Positions 29,974-44,014 of a stretch of 64,000 nucleotides of DNA are shown here, in pieces. Source of the stretch: Octopus vulgaris (lineage: Eukaryota); assembly GCA_951406725.2 (NCBI GenBank), contig OX597832.1:39618001-39682000 (forward strand), in the 5' to 3' direction. A program made the position numbers and the translations under genes. Numbering within the stretch: position 1 is the stretch's first letter; each line of letters begins with the position of its first letter. The notes under the pieces were generated by a model. The model did no database searches, was not told where the DNA came from, and was given only the letters and a program-made list of their open reading frames with translations.

Positions 29974-30190
29974 ATCCAAACAAGAAAACACAAAAAAACA
30001 CAACAACGCGAGGACGTGGAACAAATATAGTATTATTGGACGCTCAGGAAAGAAGGAAAGAAGGAGGGTTTAACGTTTCGAGCGGAGGTCTTCGTCGGAA
30101 ACATAGGAAGAAGGAAAGATCCAGAGAAGGGAAGACAGAGGAAAAAAAATCGCCAACGGTACACACGGGGTTACATTTTGAAAGACCGGA
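29970..30190 (-). mobile_element. Penelope-like pseudo-LTR fragment ending in (TA)n
   Basis: Contains a minimal hammerhead (30068-30102) and the TTTCCTGAGCG motif shared with 60650-60928. Confidence 0.7.
30068..30102 (-). ncRNA. Minimal type-I hammerhead ribozyme variant
   Basis: GUUU-CCGACGA-AGACCUCCGCUC-GAA-ACGU-U-AAAC: 4-bp stem I, palindromic ACGU stem III, U4->C core change, imperfect stem II. Confidence 0.6.
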
Positions 30191-30344
30191 AGGAATATAT
30201 ATATATTTGTGGGTGCATGTGTGAGAGAAAGAAGGGCAGCATGGGTGTGTGCCTGTGTGTCTGTGACTGACGAAACTATCGGTTCTTGAGTCACTTTAGT
30301 GATTTTTCTGCTTATTTATAAAACATGCATTCATGTTCTTTTCC

Positions 30345-31062
<718 letters not shown>

Positions 31063-31229
31063 GCTCTCTTAGTAGCATAGGTTCCATATTTTTGCAAATC
31101 GCTGAAACGCACAAACCTGTATATGACAGTTTTCACGTATACGCAAGAAGACACCTACACTAATATTCAAGGTATGTATCATACATACATAGACACACAA
31201 ATACAGATAGAAAGACACCACACACACAT

Positions 31230-31269
<40 letters not shown>

Positions 31270-31424
31270 ACACACACATGCACGCACACGGAATTTTGCC
31301 ACTGAACAAGTCGCGGTTTTAAAGCGACGAAAATATTTTGACAAACTAAATTTAAATGTTGATGTGAATCTACCAGTTTTTTGTGTGTTTTGAAATGGCA
31401 TATAAACACCTTCAACACTGCAAT

Positions 31425-31462
<38 letters not shown>

Positions 31463-31649
31463 TAATTAAGGGTTTAGCAACGAATTGCCTCACCAACACA
31501 CCGAATTTAGAAATAGCAGTCAAAGAGATATAGCTATTCCTTCTACTAAAAGGGGGATCTCAGTAAAAACACAGCACTTGAAAGGCAAACACAGACAGGT
31601 AAGAAAGAAAGAATGAAATGACGGCAATCTATCATGCAATTTTAAGTTA

Positions 31650-31741
31650 CCTACGGACGTACGTTTCGAGATCAAGTTTTAGGATAGCATAAGAATTAGA
31701 AAATTCTACTTTACCCAAACTTCTTCTCTCATCGGCGAAGG
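31650..31741 (-). ncRNA. Type-I hammerhead ribozyme (long stem II, CCGAUGA core)
   Basis: CCUUCG-CCGAUGA-[GAGA..AAGUUU ... AAACUU..UCUC]-GAA-ACGUACGU-C-CGUAGG: stem I 5/6 bp, palindromic stem III, GUC site. Confidence 0.72.
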
Positions 31742-32552
31742 ATACCACAATTATGAATAATTGTATATTAAATTTTGAGATACTAGAATGCATCATCTCA
31801 ACTCAGTGTCAGAGCGAGCCAAAGCATGACCAGTACCACGAAATTCAAAGTTTGAATGAAAGTTTGTGTCACCAGCCCCCTTCCACCCGCGTGTAGCCAA
31901 GACAAAATGCTGCGGTCATTTACTGGGATAAAATATGGTTATCAGTAATAATAAAGGGTGAAATTAATTAATTAGGGATAATTATCAATTACACCAAGTA
32001 GATTTCGGCATGTAAAAGCCCCATTCGAGGAAAATTTAAGTAATACTAAGTAATTAAGGGTTTAGCAACGAATTGCCTCACCAACACACCGAATTTAGAA
32101 ATAGCAGTCAAAGAGATATAGCTATTCCTTCTACTAAAAGGGGGATCTCAGTAAAAACACAGCACTTGAAAGGCAAACACAGACAGGTAAGAAAGATAAA
32201 TTCGGTGTGTTGGTGAGGCAATTCGTTGCTAAACCCTTAATTACTTAGTATTACTTAAATTTTCCTCGAATGGGGCTTTTACATGCCGAAATCTACTTGG
32301 TGTAATTGATAATTATCCCTAATTAATTAATTTCACCCTTTATTATTACTGATAACCATATTTTATCCCAGTAAATGACCGCAGCATTTTGTCTTGGCTA
32401 CACGCGGGTGGAAGGGGGCTGATGACACAAACTTTCATTCAAACTTTGAATTTCGTGGTACTGGTCATGCTTTGGCTCGCTCTGACACTGAGTTGAGATG
32501 ATGCATTCTAGTATCTCAAAATTTAATATACAATTATTCATAATTGTGGTAT

Positions 32553-32644
32553 CCCGCGCCGATGAGAGAAGAAGTTTGGGTAAAGTAGAATTTTCTAATT
32601 CTTATGCTATCCTAAAACTTGATCTCGAAACGTACGTCCGTAGG
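32553..32644 (+). ncRNA. Type-I hammerhead ribozyme, inverted copy
   Basis: CCGATGA 32559-32565, GAAA 32627-32630, CGTACGTC 32631-32638; stem I CCCGCG/CGTAGG. Confidence 0.7.
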
Positions 32645-32841
32645 TAACTTAAAATTGCATGATAGATTGCCGTCATTTCATTCTTTCTTTCTTACCTGTC
32701 TGTGTTTGCCTTTCAAGTGCTGTGTTTTTACTGAGATCCCCCTTTTAGTAGAAGGAATAGCTATATCTCTTTGACTGCTATTTCTAAATTCGGTGTGTTG
32801 GTGAGGCAATTCGTTGCTAAACCCTTAATTACTTAGTATTA

Positions 32842-32892
<51 letters not shown>

Positions 32893-33018
32893 GTATGTAT
32901 ATATACAGGCATACATATAAATAAACACATACACATATGTATGACTAAATATATAAACACATACATATATATATATAAATACCCACATTTACACACACAC
33001 ATGCAGACAGACAGATAG

Positions 33019-33071
<53 letters not shown>

Positions 33072-33299
33072 ACAGTTTGTAAAATTGTGCTCAGATGATA
33101 TATTTAGTCGATCAAATTCTAACATAACTGGATTTCCACATTTTATTTTTTATTTTTGTATTTTCGCATGAACTTCCGTGTTTTGTTTTTTTTTAACAAC
33201 AGACTCCAAATCTATGTTTGCATCGCAATAGTAACTATATCGCGTTGAATATTTAAATAGCAAAAGTGTAACGAGGTGGCGCTGTGTTGTTAAAGGAGA

Positions 33300-34419
33300 A
33301 GAATTCATAAAATGTTTTCAGTATTACAATAGCTTCTGAGCAAATGTTATTTGTTAATCAAATTAAAATTAATACTATTTTGTATTCAGGATTAGTAAGA
33401 GCCTGTCAATAAAATTATTTTCTATTTCCGTTCTTTTCACTTTAAGTCATAAAGTTTATAAATCGGAAATATTAAATGACTTTTATTACGCCTTGTTTCC
33501 AAATGACTTCTTAGTGGCATCTTTCTGGAATTAGTGTTTTTTAATTTGCTGCCGGTACACTCACCTGCGTTCTGATAATTAATTTCATGCTTACCAATAT
33601 ATAGTTCTTCGCAACTCGGGAATTTAATACAATAAATATGATTTCTGCTTTTACAATTCATATTTGTATTTGTACTGGGATTTCTCTTCCAGTCTTTCTG
33701 TTGATAAAATTACCAGTATGTATAAATTAACATGTATTGCAATTATTTTCAGTGAAGTAAGATGCTGTGAAGTTTTTATCGTTGTTTTTGTAAACCAAAT
33801 TTTGTCTTTGTCAGTAATTATTTCAACTCTCTTCGTTTGTCGTTTTACGTTACATTCATTTAGTAATTAAATCCATTAATTTACCGCTTTGTCTGATGAT
33901 AAGCAAGTTCGATTTGATGCCATGAAAATATTCTGATTACGTGGATTATATGTCCCAACGGAAGGTACTTTATCCTGTTCTTATGTTCCTCTTTCTTGAG
34001 TTGCTTGAAGTTATTCTATGGGCATTCCTTTTGCACGTTCTATATTATTTTTGCATTAGTAAGGTTGATTATTATTGCTGCTTAAGTGGGAATTCGTTGT
34101 GTTCAGCAATCCGTTCGTCTCTGACAATAACAAAAACGTTTTGCACGTTATATTTGGTACGATTTCGATGACATAATTTAAAGCTGGGATACTAGTGAGT
34201 GTCCATGATTTATAATAAATATTCATTCGCTATTATCTTTAGAAATAGCAATTTTGTAGTGTTCACATCCTTTGTAAATTTCCGAGTTTGGTGTAAATTG
34301 TTCAGGAAAAAATTTGAATTTTTCTAAAGTGTCTACAGAAAACAGGCATCAAGAAATCTTTCCTTGGGTTCTCTATATATCGTCTAAAATCAGTGCCATA
34401 ATTTTCTTATTCTTTTTCT

Positions 34420-34450
<31 letters not shown>

Positions 34451-34830
34451 GTTGTACAGTTACTGTTTCAAGTCTCTCATTACTGAGAGTTTGCATATAT
34501 TGGAGTAAACACGATACCCATGGTTTCGCCTTTAATTTGTAGACACTTTTAATCGCAGAGAAAGAAAATATTCTAAACAATAAAACTGACAGCGTCTACC
34601 AATAAAGTCCATAGTAAAAGTCTATTGAGAATCGTCTCTATGTTTTTCGATCCATTATTTCATTGTAGTTGTTCCTAAATTATAAGAGACATTTGTTAAG
34701 AGGTTTATAGGTTTACCACATCAAAATTAACCATCAACGAATTCAGTTCTATTGTTTTAGGCAAAACAGACAGGAAATCAATGACATCCCGAATGAAATT
34801 CCATATTTCAACTTTCAGATAATCTACAAA
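33300..34830 (-). mobile_element. Highly decayed Penelope-like element (RT + GIY-YIG)
   Basis: Minus translation: FIRDVIDFLSVLPK..LMVNFDVVNL, LQIKGETMGIVFTPIYAN, RFLDACF (RT motifs); MNCKSRNHIYCIKFPSCEELYIG..SHL..IFPIYKL (GIY-YIG). Many stops and frameshifts. Confidence 0.85.
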
Positions 34831-34967
34831 TATTTTATTATTATCAAAAAAACATGTGAAAAGTAAACTACACATTTGATTGACTATCGAATTTCACAGA
34901 GTCACACCATATAATGTATAAAATATATAATGTGTGAAATGTATGCTCAAAAGTTAGGAAATTTATA

Positions 34968-35350
34968 TGGATATGGAAGCACTCCGTCGGTTACGACGAC
35001 GAGGGTTCCGGTTGGTCCGATCAATGGAACAGCCTGCTCGTGAAATTAACGTGTAAGTGGCTGAGCACTCCACAAACACGTGTACCCTTAACGCAGTTCT
35101 CGGGGATATTCAGCGTGACACAGAGAGTGACGAGGCCGGCCCTTTAAAATACAGGTACAACAGAAACAGGAAGTAAGAGAAAGTTGTGGCGAAAGAGTAC
35201 AGCAGGGATCACCACCATCCCTGTCGGAGCCTCGTGGAGCTTTAGGTGTTTTCGCTCAATAAACACTCACAACGCCCGGTCTGGGAATCGAAACCGCGAT
35301 CCTACGACCGCGAGTCAGCTGCCCTAACCACTGGGCCATTGCGCCTCCAC
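34968..35350 (-). mobile_element. SINE family B (tRNA-like head), full length, 12-bp TSD
   Basis: Head TGGAGGCGCAATGGCCCAGTGGTTAGGGC..GGTTTCGATTCCC (A/B boxes); TSD AGGAAATTTATA at 34956-34967 and 35351-35362. Confidence 0.95.
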
Positions 35351-35439
35351 AGGAAATTTATAAATATATGAATTAAAAACTGATTCTACAATAATTCTGC
35401 TACATGAACTATGTTATTGTATGGAAATATGCTTTTCTA

Positions 35440-36080
35440 CTCTAGACACAAGGCCCGAAATTTGGGAGGAGGAGGCTAGTCGATTAGATCGACCCCAGAC
35501 GAAATACCTATTTCTATACTACCCACAAGGGGCTAAACACAGAGAGGACAAACAAGGACAGACAAACGGATTAAGCCGATTATATGGATTCTTCGCCGCT
35601 GCCTGTTGAGATTTTCCTCTTGTGCTGGAGTTGCTTACGCAGAGTTATTTTATTAACAAGTGTATATTAATTGTTTATTGGCTGCCTTTTGACTGCATAT
35701 TAACTACAAAGCCGCATATTGCTTTCAAGTTTTGGCACAAGGCTAGCATTTTCGGGGAAGGGATAGGTCAATTTGATCGACCCCAGTGCTACACTGATAT
35801 GACGAGATAGTGAAGATGCCGACGACCGCTCGGTTCAAAGTCTCCCTTGACCACAAGTGGCCTGAACTCTTTACATGAACACCACCCTGTACATAACTCC
35901 ATGTCCCCCTACATGGCCTTGCTTTTTGCTGTTTGAGCCAAAAAATTAACTAACTAACTAACATATTTTATTGACCCCGAAAGTCGACCTCAGCGGAATT
36001 TGAACTCAGAAAGTAAAGACGGGCGAAATGCTGCTAAACATTTTGCCCTGAGTGCCAACGGTTCAGCCAGCTCGCCACCT
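35440..36080 (-). mobile_element. SINE family C fragments
   Basis: Pieces at 35440-35585, 35720-35790 and 35965-36080 match family C. Confidence 0.8.
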
Positions 36081-36706
36081 GACATGACTATACATAAGCC
36101 ACATGTTACATGGGTATTGACTGTTTATAAGGCTGTCTACTGCCTGCGTAATAGCTGTGTACTTTCCCCCCGTGAATTCCCTGTGTATTAGCTGTGCAAT
36201 GTTCATCAAGGTGTATAAATCTGGTTTTTGTTTTCTTAGAATATGTAGGACCCGTTTTAGTGTTATTGACTGAGATCAAATTTAATCTGAATATGAAGAA
36301 TGGCTGGCGTGTTTGGTCGTTAGATATAGAATTAATTAGAATCCGTAATGTTTGATTAATGGCGTTAATTAGCAATAATGCCTCTCGTTTTTTTTTATGA
36401 AGTAATTACTTGAGGCTATGAAACTGTCGTAAATTTCTCAGTAGTATAAGATTCTTTAAAAAGCTTTGAAGGAGAAACATGTTGCCTAAGGATTGGAAAA
36501 TCACAGTTTACAGATTGTAAAACAGCATCAAAGAGGCTTTCTTTCCATTGTCGTAAAGGTACCTCTATCATGTTTTTAAAAAAAAACTTCTTCCAGGTGT
36601 GGCAAGAAGTTTGCTTCCCAACCACATGGTTCCGGGTTCAATCCCACTGCGTGATACTTTTGCTAAGTGTCTTTTACTATAGCAGCGGGTCGACTAAAGC
36701 CTTTTT

Positions 36707-37380
36707 ATTTACAGAGACAAGTGTCAAAAAAAAGTCAATCATCAACAGATTCAAATTTCAAGTAGTTTTAACATATGATTAGTTATTTATAATAATATTA
36801 TGACTGGTGGTAGTTTTTTGAATACCCATAAACATACGTGAATACATGGAAAATCAGTTACCTTCCTCGTATATAAGATAAAGTATTAATATTTTAATAT
36901 TAATATTTAATATAATATTTAATATATATATATATCATATCTACTAAGAATTTTTTTATTCTTTACAGTTATAGATGTACTAAACATGAAATACCGACCT
37001 ATTCAAAGTACTAGTAGCTTTAATATATAATTGATTTAGTTATGATAATAAAATTTCTAATGGGAGTTTTTGAGAGACCATTTACATGCGTGAACACATG
37101 AAAAACCAGTTTCAATCTTCAATATTAATATTAAAATATTAATACTTCATTTTATTTACGCGGGAGGTAACTGATTTTGTTGTGTATCCACGTATGTTTA
37201 TGGGCATTCAAAAAACTACCACAAGTTATAATATCATTATAAATAAATAATTATATGTTAAAACTACTTGAAATTTGAATCTGTTGATGATTGACTTTTT
37301 TGTAACACTAGTATCTGTAAATATAAGCATTAAAGAATGCTTAGTAGATATAATATTGATATAAAAATATTGAATACTAA
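36707..37380. repeat. Old inverted/tandem repeat (~200-bp arms)
   Basis: 36708-36903 is the diverged reverse complement of 37125-37321. Confidence 0.88.
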
Positions 37381-37807
37381 AGGTGTATATTAAGTTTCCT
37401 ACACAGGTGACAGTATCATTGTGGTTTGTTTGAAATTCAATTAAGCACGTTTCTCATGAATATGTAGATGATATTTTATAATATAATTTATTAAACTAAG
37501 TTAGAGGTAAACCTATTGATTTATAGTGATTGTAGCTTTAGTAATTTTAGTTTACTATATATAAAAAAAAATGTATCAATTGCATTTGGTAACGTTTAAG
37601 TTTTCTTTTGTTTAAAAGTTGTAATGACCATAACTACTGCTCACAAATATGGATGACGCGATATTGTAATATGATAAATATTTAGCAGTTTTTGATACGT
37701 CATATTTTTTGTTGACTTCCATATTGTAACAAATGCACGTGCAATTACATGATGAATGTTACCGCTCTCTATCTCTCTCTCTTTTTCTCTCTCTCTCTCT
37801 CACTCTT

Positions 37808-37844
<37 letters not shown>

Positions 37845-38127
37845 AATAACTAGTTCACCCTAACTGTAACAGCACCATCAATAACAACTATTAAGTGTAA
37901 CAAACGCACGCGCGCAGCTATATCATACATATTTGTTCATAAGTATGTATATATATATATAAAGTGAGATAGGGGTTGTGAGTGTAACCCTCCATGGGAT
38001 AACATATATCCAATATACTGCCAGTAAAGCACCCAACAAAGTTAATACATAAATGTTAAGAATTGCGATGCAATTAATTCATTTACTGTATTATATGGGC
38101 AAAGGTAAAATGTTTTACCACAAATTC

Positions 38128-38283
38128 ATAATACAAAATAAGAAAATGGAGAAATACATCTTAATCAATAATCAACTACCAGATAATACCTAATCACATA
38201 ATTTATTAAACCACTACATGTGATTAGGTATCATCTGGTAGTTGATTATTGATTTAGATGTATTTCTCCATTTTCTTATTTTG

Positions 38284-38289
<6 letters not shown>
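38128..38289. repeat. Hairpin, ~72-bp arms, 18-nt loop, abutting (TA)n
   Basis: 38128-38199 pairs with 38218-38289 with few mismatches. Confidence 0.92.
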
Positions 38290-38343
<54 letters not shown>

Positions 38344-38460
38344 ATATAAGTATGTATATATGTATATATATATACATATATATATGTGTGTGTGTGTATG
38401 TGTGTGCGCGTGTGTGTGTATATATATATATATATATACCCTAATTTTTATATATATATA

Positions 38461-38627
38461 TACGACGGACTTCTTTCAGTTTCTGTGTACCAAGTCCACT
38501 CACAAGGTTTTGGTCGGTTCGAGGTTATAGTAAAAGATACTGGCTCAAGGTGTCACGCCGTGAGAGTGAGCCCGGAATCATCTGGTTGGGACGCAAGCTT
38601 TTTGCCATACAGCCACGCATGCGCCTA
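38461..38627 (-). mobile_element. SINE family A, diverged 5' half
   Basis: ACGACGGACTTCTTTCAGTTTC..CACTCACAAGG..CAGCCACGC matches family A. Confidence 0.82.
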
Positions 38628-39047
38628 TAGCAGTTTACAGCTTTCCAATATTTTACATCTCTCTCGCATACAATATCAGCGGCTGAGATGGATGGGCCGA
38701 CAAGTATTTCAGTGATATTTTATTTAATCTGCCCCCGAAGCATGTTTAATAGTAAATTATGTGCAACAGGATTTGAACTTTGAACGTAGGGTCGAAAATA
38801 AATTGTACGTCTAGTTAATGAGCATCACATCACTACTTTAGCTGCTACGGTAAATTTAATGCTTCGCTGCAGAGGTCTTACAAGATCAAAACTTGAGCTG
38901 CCTCCTGTTCTTGCTGCAATCATTAAAATATTATTTAGCATTTAGCAAATATTGTCTTTCCGGCACAACATAATTATTTCGAATTAAATTAAAGTTAACA
39001 GTATACACAGTAACACACACACACACACACACACACCCATACACACA

Positions 39048-39087
<40 letters not shown>

Positions 39088-39150
39088 TATATATATGGAG
39101 TATTGTGAATGTATATAGTTAAGGGATGTGTATGTGTGTATGTCTGTGCG

Positions 39151-39226
<76 letters not shown>

Positions 39227-39239
39227 TAGATAGATAGAT

Positions 39240-39274
<35 letters not shown>

Positions 39275-39865
39275 AACACATACATGTATGTATGTATGTA
39301 TGTATGTATGTATGTATGTAGTATGCGTGTGTGTGTGTATGTATGCAAGCATGCATGCATGTATGTATCTTTAGCAGAACATCTGAAATGCATAAATTTC
39401 ACATATCGTCCATAATTTAATTGCGCTCAACAGATGTGTCATTAAGATAAACACTATCGTTTGTATAATTACATAATCGTGATACATAATTTAAGTTAAA
39501 TTTAATTGATGTAAGTCAAATTAATTTAGAAAGAAACTGTTTACCCAAATCATAAGAAATATAGTGCTATGATATATATATGTGTGTATATATATAGTTT
39601 TAAAGTGAAGATTTGTTTCTGGCGATATGTAAGTTACATGTATACCTTTGTGTTTCAGTACGTATGCTTTATGTTTATATATGTGTATGTATATATTTGC
39701 GTCTGGTAACTTATGTATATAAGGAAAATAAAAGAAAAAGACAAACATACCTAAAACTCTAAATTTTGAATAAGTTAATATACGAATATCTACCTGTCTA
39801 CCTATGTCTGCCTACCTACCTACCTATATACATATATGTGTATATACATGTAAATACGTATATAT

Positions 39866-40028
39866 AGGCGCAGGAGTCGTTGTGTGGTAAGTAGCTTGCT
39901 TACCAACCACATGGTTCCGGGTTCAGTCCCGCTGCGTGGCATCTTGGGCAAGTGTCTTCTGCTATAGCCCCGGGCCGACCAATGCCTTGTGAGTGGATTT
40001 GGAAGACGGAAACTGAAAGAAGCCTGTC

Positions 40029-40105
<77 letters not shown>

Positions 40106-40315
40106 TGTGTCTGTGTTTGTCACCCTAGCATTGCTTGACAACCGATGCTGGTGTGTTTACGTCCCCGTCACTTAGCGGTTCGGCAAAAGAAACCGATAGA
40201 ATAAGTACTGGGCTTACAAAGAATAAGTCCCGGGGTCGATTTGCTCGACTAAAACAAGGCGGTGCTCCAGCATGGCCGCAGTCAAATGACTGAAACAAGT
40301 AAAAGAATAAAAGAA
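39866..40315 (+). mobile_element. SINE family A, full length
   Basis: tRNA-like head GGCGCAGGAGT..GTGTGGTAAG..GGGTTCAGTCCC, central conserved domain, internal (TA)n(TG)n, AAAGAAT tail. Confidence 0.95.
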
Positions 40316-40796
40316 TATATATATGATATATGCATGTATGTCAATGTGCGTGTGTGCATCTATATGTGTGTACGTGTGTATTCACGTATTTACATGTATA
40401 TACACATATATGTATATAGGTAGGTATGTGGGTAGGCAGGTAGGTAGGCAGGCAGGCAGGCATAGGTAGACAGGTAGATATTTGTATATTAACTTATTCG
40501 TAAGTTTATAGTTTGGGTATGTTTGTCTCTTTTATTTTCCTCCTCCCATCGCTCTTTCGATATCTCGATATATTTTAAACCAATAACAGTATTCTGATCG
40601 AAATGTTTTAAATATCTTTTAATTTGATTTGATTGAATTTCATTTAATTATGTATCAAAAGTGAGTAATAATACATTTTTGAGTGTTTATCTTAATGATA
40701 CAGCTGTCGAGCAGAGTAAACTTAATGTGAAATTTATGCTTTTTTTATCTTTTATGTTAAATATGTTCTGCTTAAAGATTGTCTTAGCCGATTACC

Positions 40797-40899
<103 letters not shown>

Positions 40900-41145
40900 A
40901 GTATCTCCCATTTTAGCTTTATTGCAGTGTAATAACTTGACGGAGTTTAACGACCTGTTATTAATTGACACCTTAATTACCTTGGATTTATTCTTTGATG
41001 TTTATACGTCAATCCTCTATCGGGATATACATACACACACACATATATGTATGTATTATATATATATATATATATGAATATATATATATACGTGTGTATG
41101 CATGTATTATGTATACATAGGTATATAAATATGTATGAATGTTTC

Positions 41146-41194
<49 letters not shown>

Positions 41195-41222
41195 CATACA
41201 TACATGCATCATGCATACATAC

Positions 41223-41259
<37 letters not shown>

Positions 41260-41359
41260 ATAAATGAGCGTCTATGTATGTATATATATATATGTGTGTG
41301 TGTGTGCACAAATATACATATACATATGCATACTTATGCATGCATATATGTATTATATA

Positions 41360-41399
<40 letters not shown>

Positions 41400-42108
41400 T
41401 GTCTATGTATGTATGTATGTATGTATGTATGTATGCATGTATGTATGTATGTATGCACATATATGTCTGAAGAAAAAAAGGACTGGATTGTCACGGCTAG
41501 AACGTCTTTGATACTGTCTAATGTCTACTCGATCAATATTCACAACTCCATCAACAACAGCAACAACAACAGCAACAACAACAACAACAACAATTGCGAG
41601 GTTACTTCCGCTGATCTCACTAAAGTCATTAAACAAATGAACAAAGCGAAATCACATCAAAGCAAACTCTCGCCCACCTACACTCGACGTCAACGGGAAA
41701 TAAAACGAGAAAACTAACAGTTTCCATTTAAAAACGTATTCACAAGGCATTCTCTCTTAACCGTTCTCTCTCGCTCTGTCTATCTGTCTTTCTCACCACC
41801 TCTCTCTATCTCTCATTCCTTCTCTCTTTCTCTCTTTTTAGCTTTCTCTCTTCTTTCCGACTACATGTTACACACGAATAAGCCTCCGTTTATTATATAA
41901 ACTGTGGGAACAGTATTCGTTCTTGCGGTGGTTTTATCGCATCTGGCTTTGGTCAAAACTTTTTCATTGTGTGGAGTAAATATCTCACGGAATAAATCTA
42001 TCGCATCGATTTCTTTGAAAAACAATGCATCGCAAATTTATTGAAATCAGCCAATCTTCTAGCAACTGCGCATGGTCATTTGAAGCATGTACACACAAAC
42101 GCACGTGT

Positions 42109-42167
<59 letters not shown>

Positions 42168-42302
42168 TACATACACACATACAGACACACACATATATAT
42201 ATATATTTACACAACCACTCTCACGCGTGCACACATATAGATTGCATTCAGTTGTGAACAAAAAAGACAGACATATATATATATGCATATATATATATAT
42301 AC

Positions 42303-42357
<55 letters not shown>

Positions 42358-42596
42358 TACATATATACATATATACATATATATATATATGTATATATAT
42401 ATATGTGTATATGTATGTAGGTATGTACTGACTGCAAATACTAGATAGGTCCAGTTTTGTGTGTAGTCTGCTGCAGTGTGACAAAATAACATAAAATAAT
42501 AAAATACTTAGGAAAAATGATAATAAAAGGAAACGTGGACTCCAAGCCATATTGTTTGGAATAGGTTTTAATGCTTAACCATTCAGATAAATGATA

Positions 42597-42900
<304 letters not shown>

Positions 42901-43679
42901 TAGGAGGGAGGGAGGAATGGAGGGAAGAAAGGAGGGGGGAGCAAGGGGGGAGGGAGTAGTAGGAGAAGGAAAAACAGGCAGAAGTAGACAAACATATCGT
43001 ATTTGATCTTATTACGGAGAGAATTATTTCCAAATACTGAGAACTACGAAATATTCTACAGTATTTTGTCGTAATTGTTGTCGAATATCGGCGGGAATGG
43101 ACTTTGAAGAATTCTTTTATGCTCTGCCAGGCTCCGTTGATAGCATACTTTTACTATCGACATCCCCGTATATGCACGCAGAATCCGATATATTCTATGC
43201 GGTGTTAGGTGGACAACGCAGTTACCACACGATCTGTATCTGTGGCTTAATCCAGTAATCCATCGTTGGGGGCCACAATGAACACTTCGCACTTCATGGG
43301 AATATTAGAAAAGTAACCACAAATTGATGTGATATTCCATGTGGTTTTTGTGGTTTTGTGGTCTTGTGGTTCTTTATCGTTTTTTAGGTTTTAATGTCAT
43401 CTGTAGAAGAAAAAAAAAGAAAGTGAAATCAACGATACGGACGTAGAGTCAAAGAGAAAGGTTTTTATATCATTTGGTAGTGGACAGGACTGGACTGGTG
43501 TTTTTTGGGGGGTTTTTGCTGCTGTTGTGGTCGTTGCTTTTTATTGAAATATTTTGGGATGGTAGTGGATGATTATTGTAGTTTTCTGTTGTTGTTATTG
43601 TTGTTGCGGTGGTAGTGGTTTGATGATGATGATGATAGAAAGAAAGAAAGGAAAAGAATATGACGATGACGACAACAAA

Positions 43680-44014
43680 GAAGAAGGAGGAGCAGAAGAA
43701 GAAGAAGAAGAAGAAGAAGAAGGAGGAGGAGGAGAAGAAGAAGAAGAAGAAGAAGAAGAAGAAGAAGAAGAAGGGGACGAAGGAGGAGAAGAAGAAGAAG
43801 AAGAAGAAGAAGAAGAAGAAGGGGAAGAAGAAGAAGAAGAAGAAGAAGAAGAAGAAGAAGAAGAAGAGGATGAAGAAGAAGAAGAAGAAGAAGAAGAACG
43901 AAGAAGAAGAAGAAGAAGAAGAAGAAGAAGAACGAAGAAGAAGAAGAAGAACGAAGAAGAAGAAGAAGAAGAAGAAGAAGAAGAAGAAGAAGAAGAAGAA
44001 GAAGAAGAAGAAGA
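43680..44014. repeat. (GAA)n polypurine microsatellite
   Basis: Direct reading. Confidence 0.97.

Larger units (their letters stand above)
31460..32845. mobile_element. Palindromic Penelope-type pLTR / retrozyme-like insertion in (TA)n
   Basis: 588-bp unit repeated ~1.25x (31461-32195) then inverted (32197-32845); arms 31460-32097 and 32197-32835 differ at about 3 nt; hammerhead in each arm. Confidence 0.9.
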
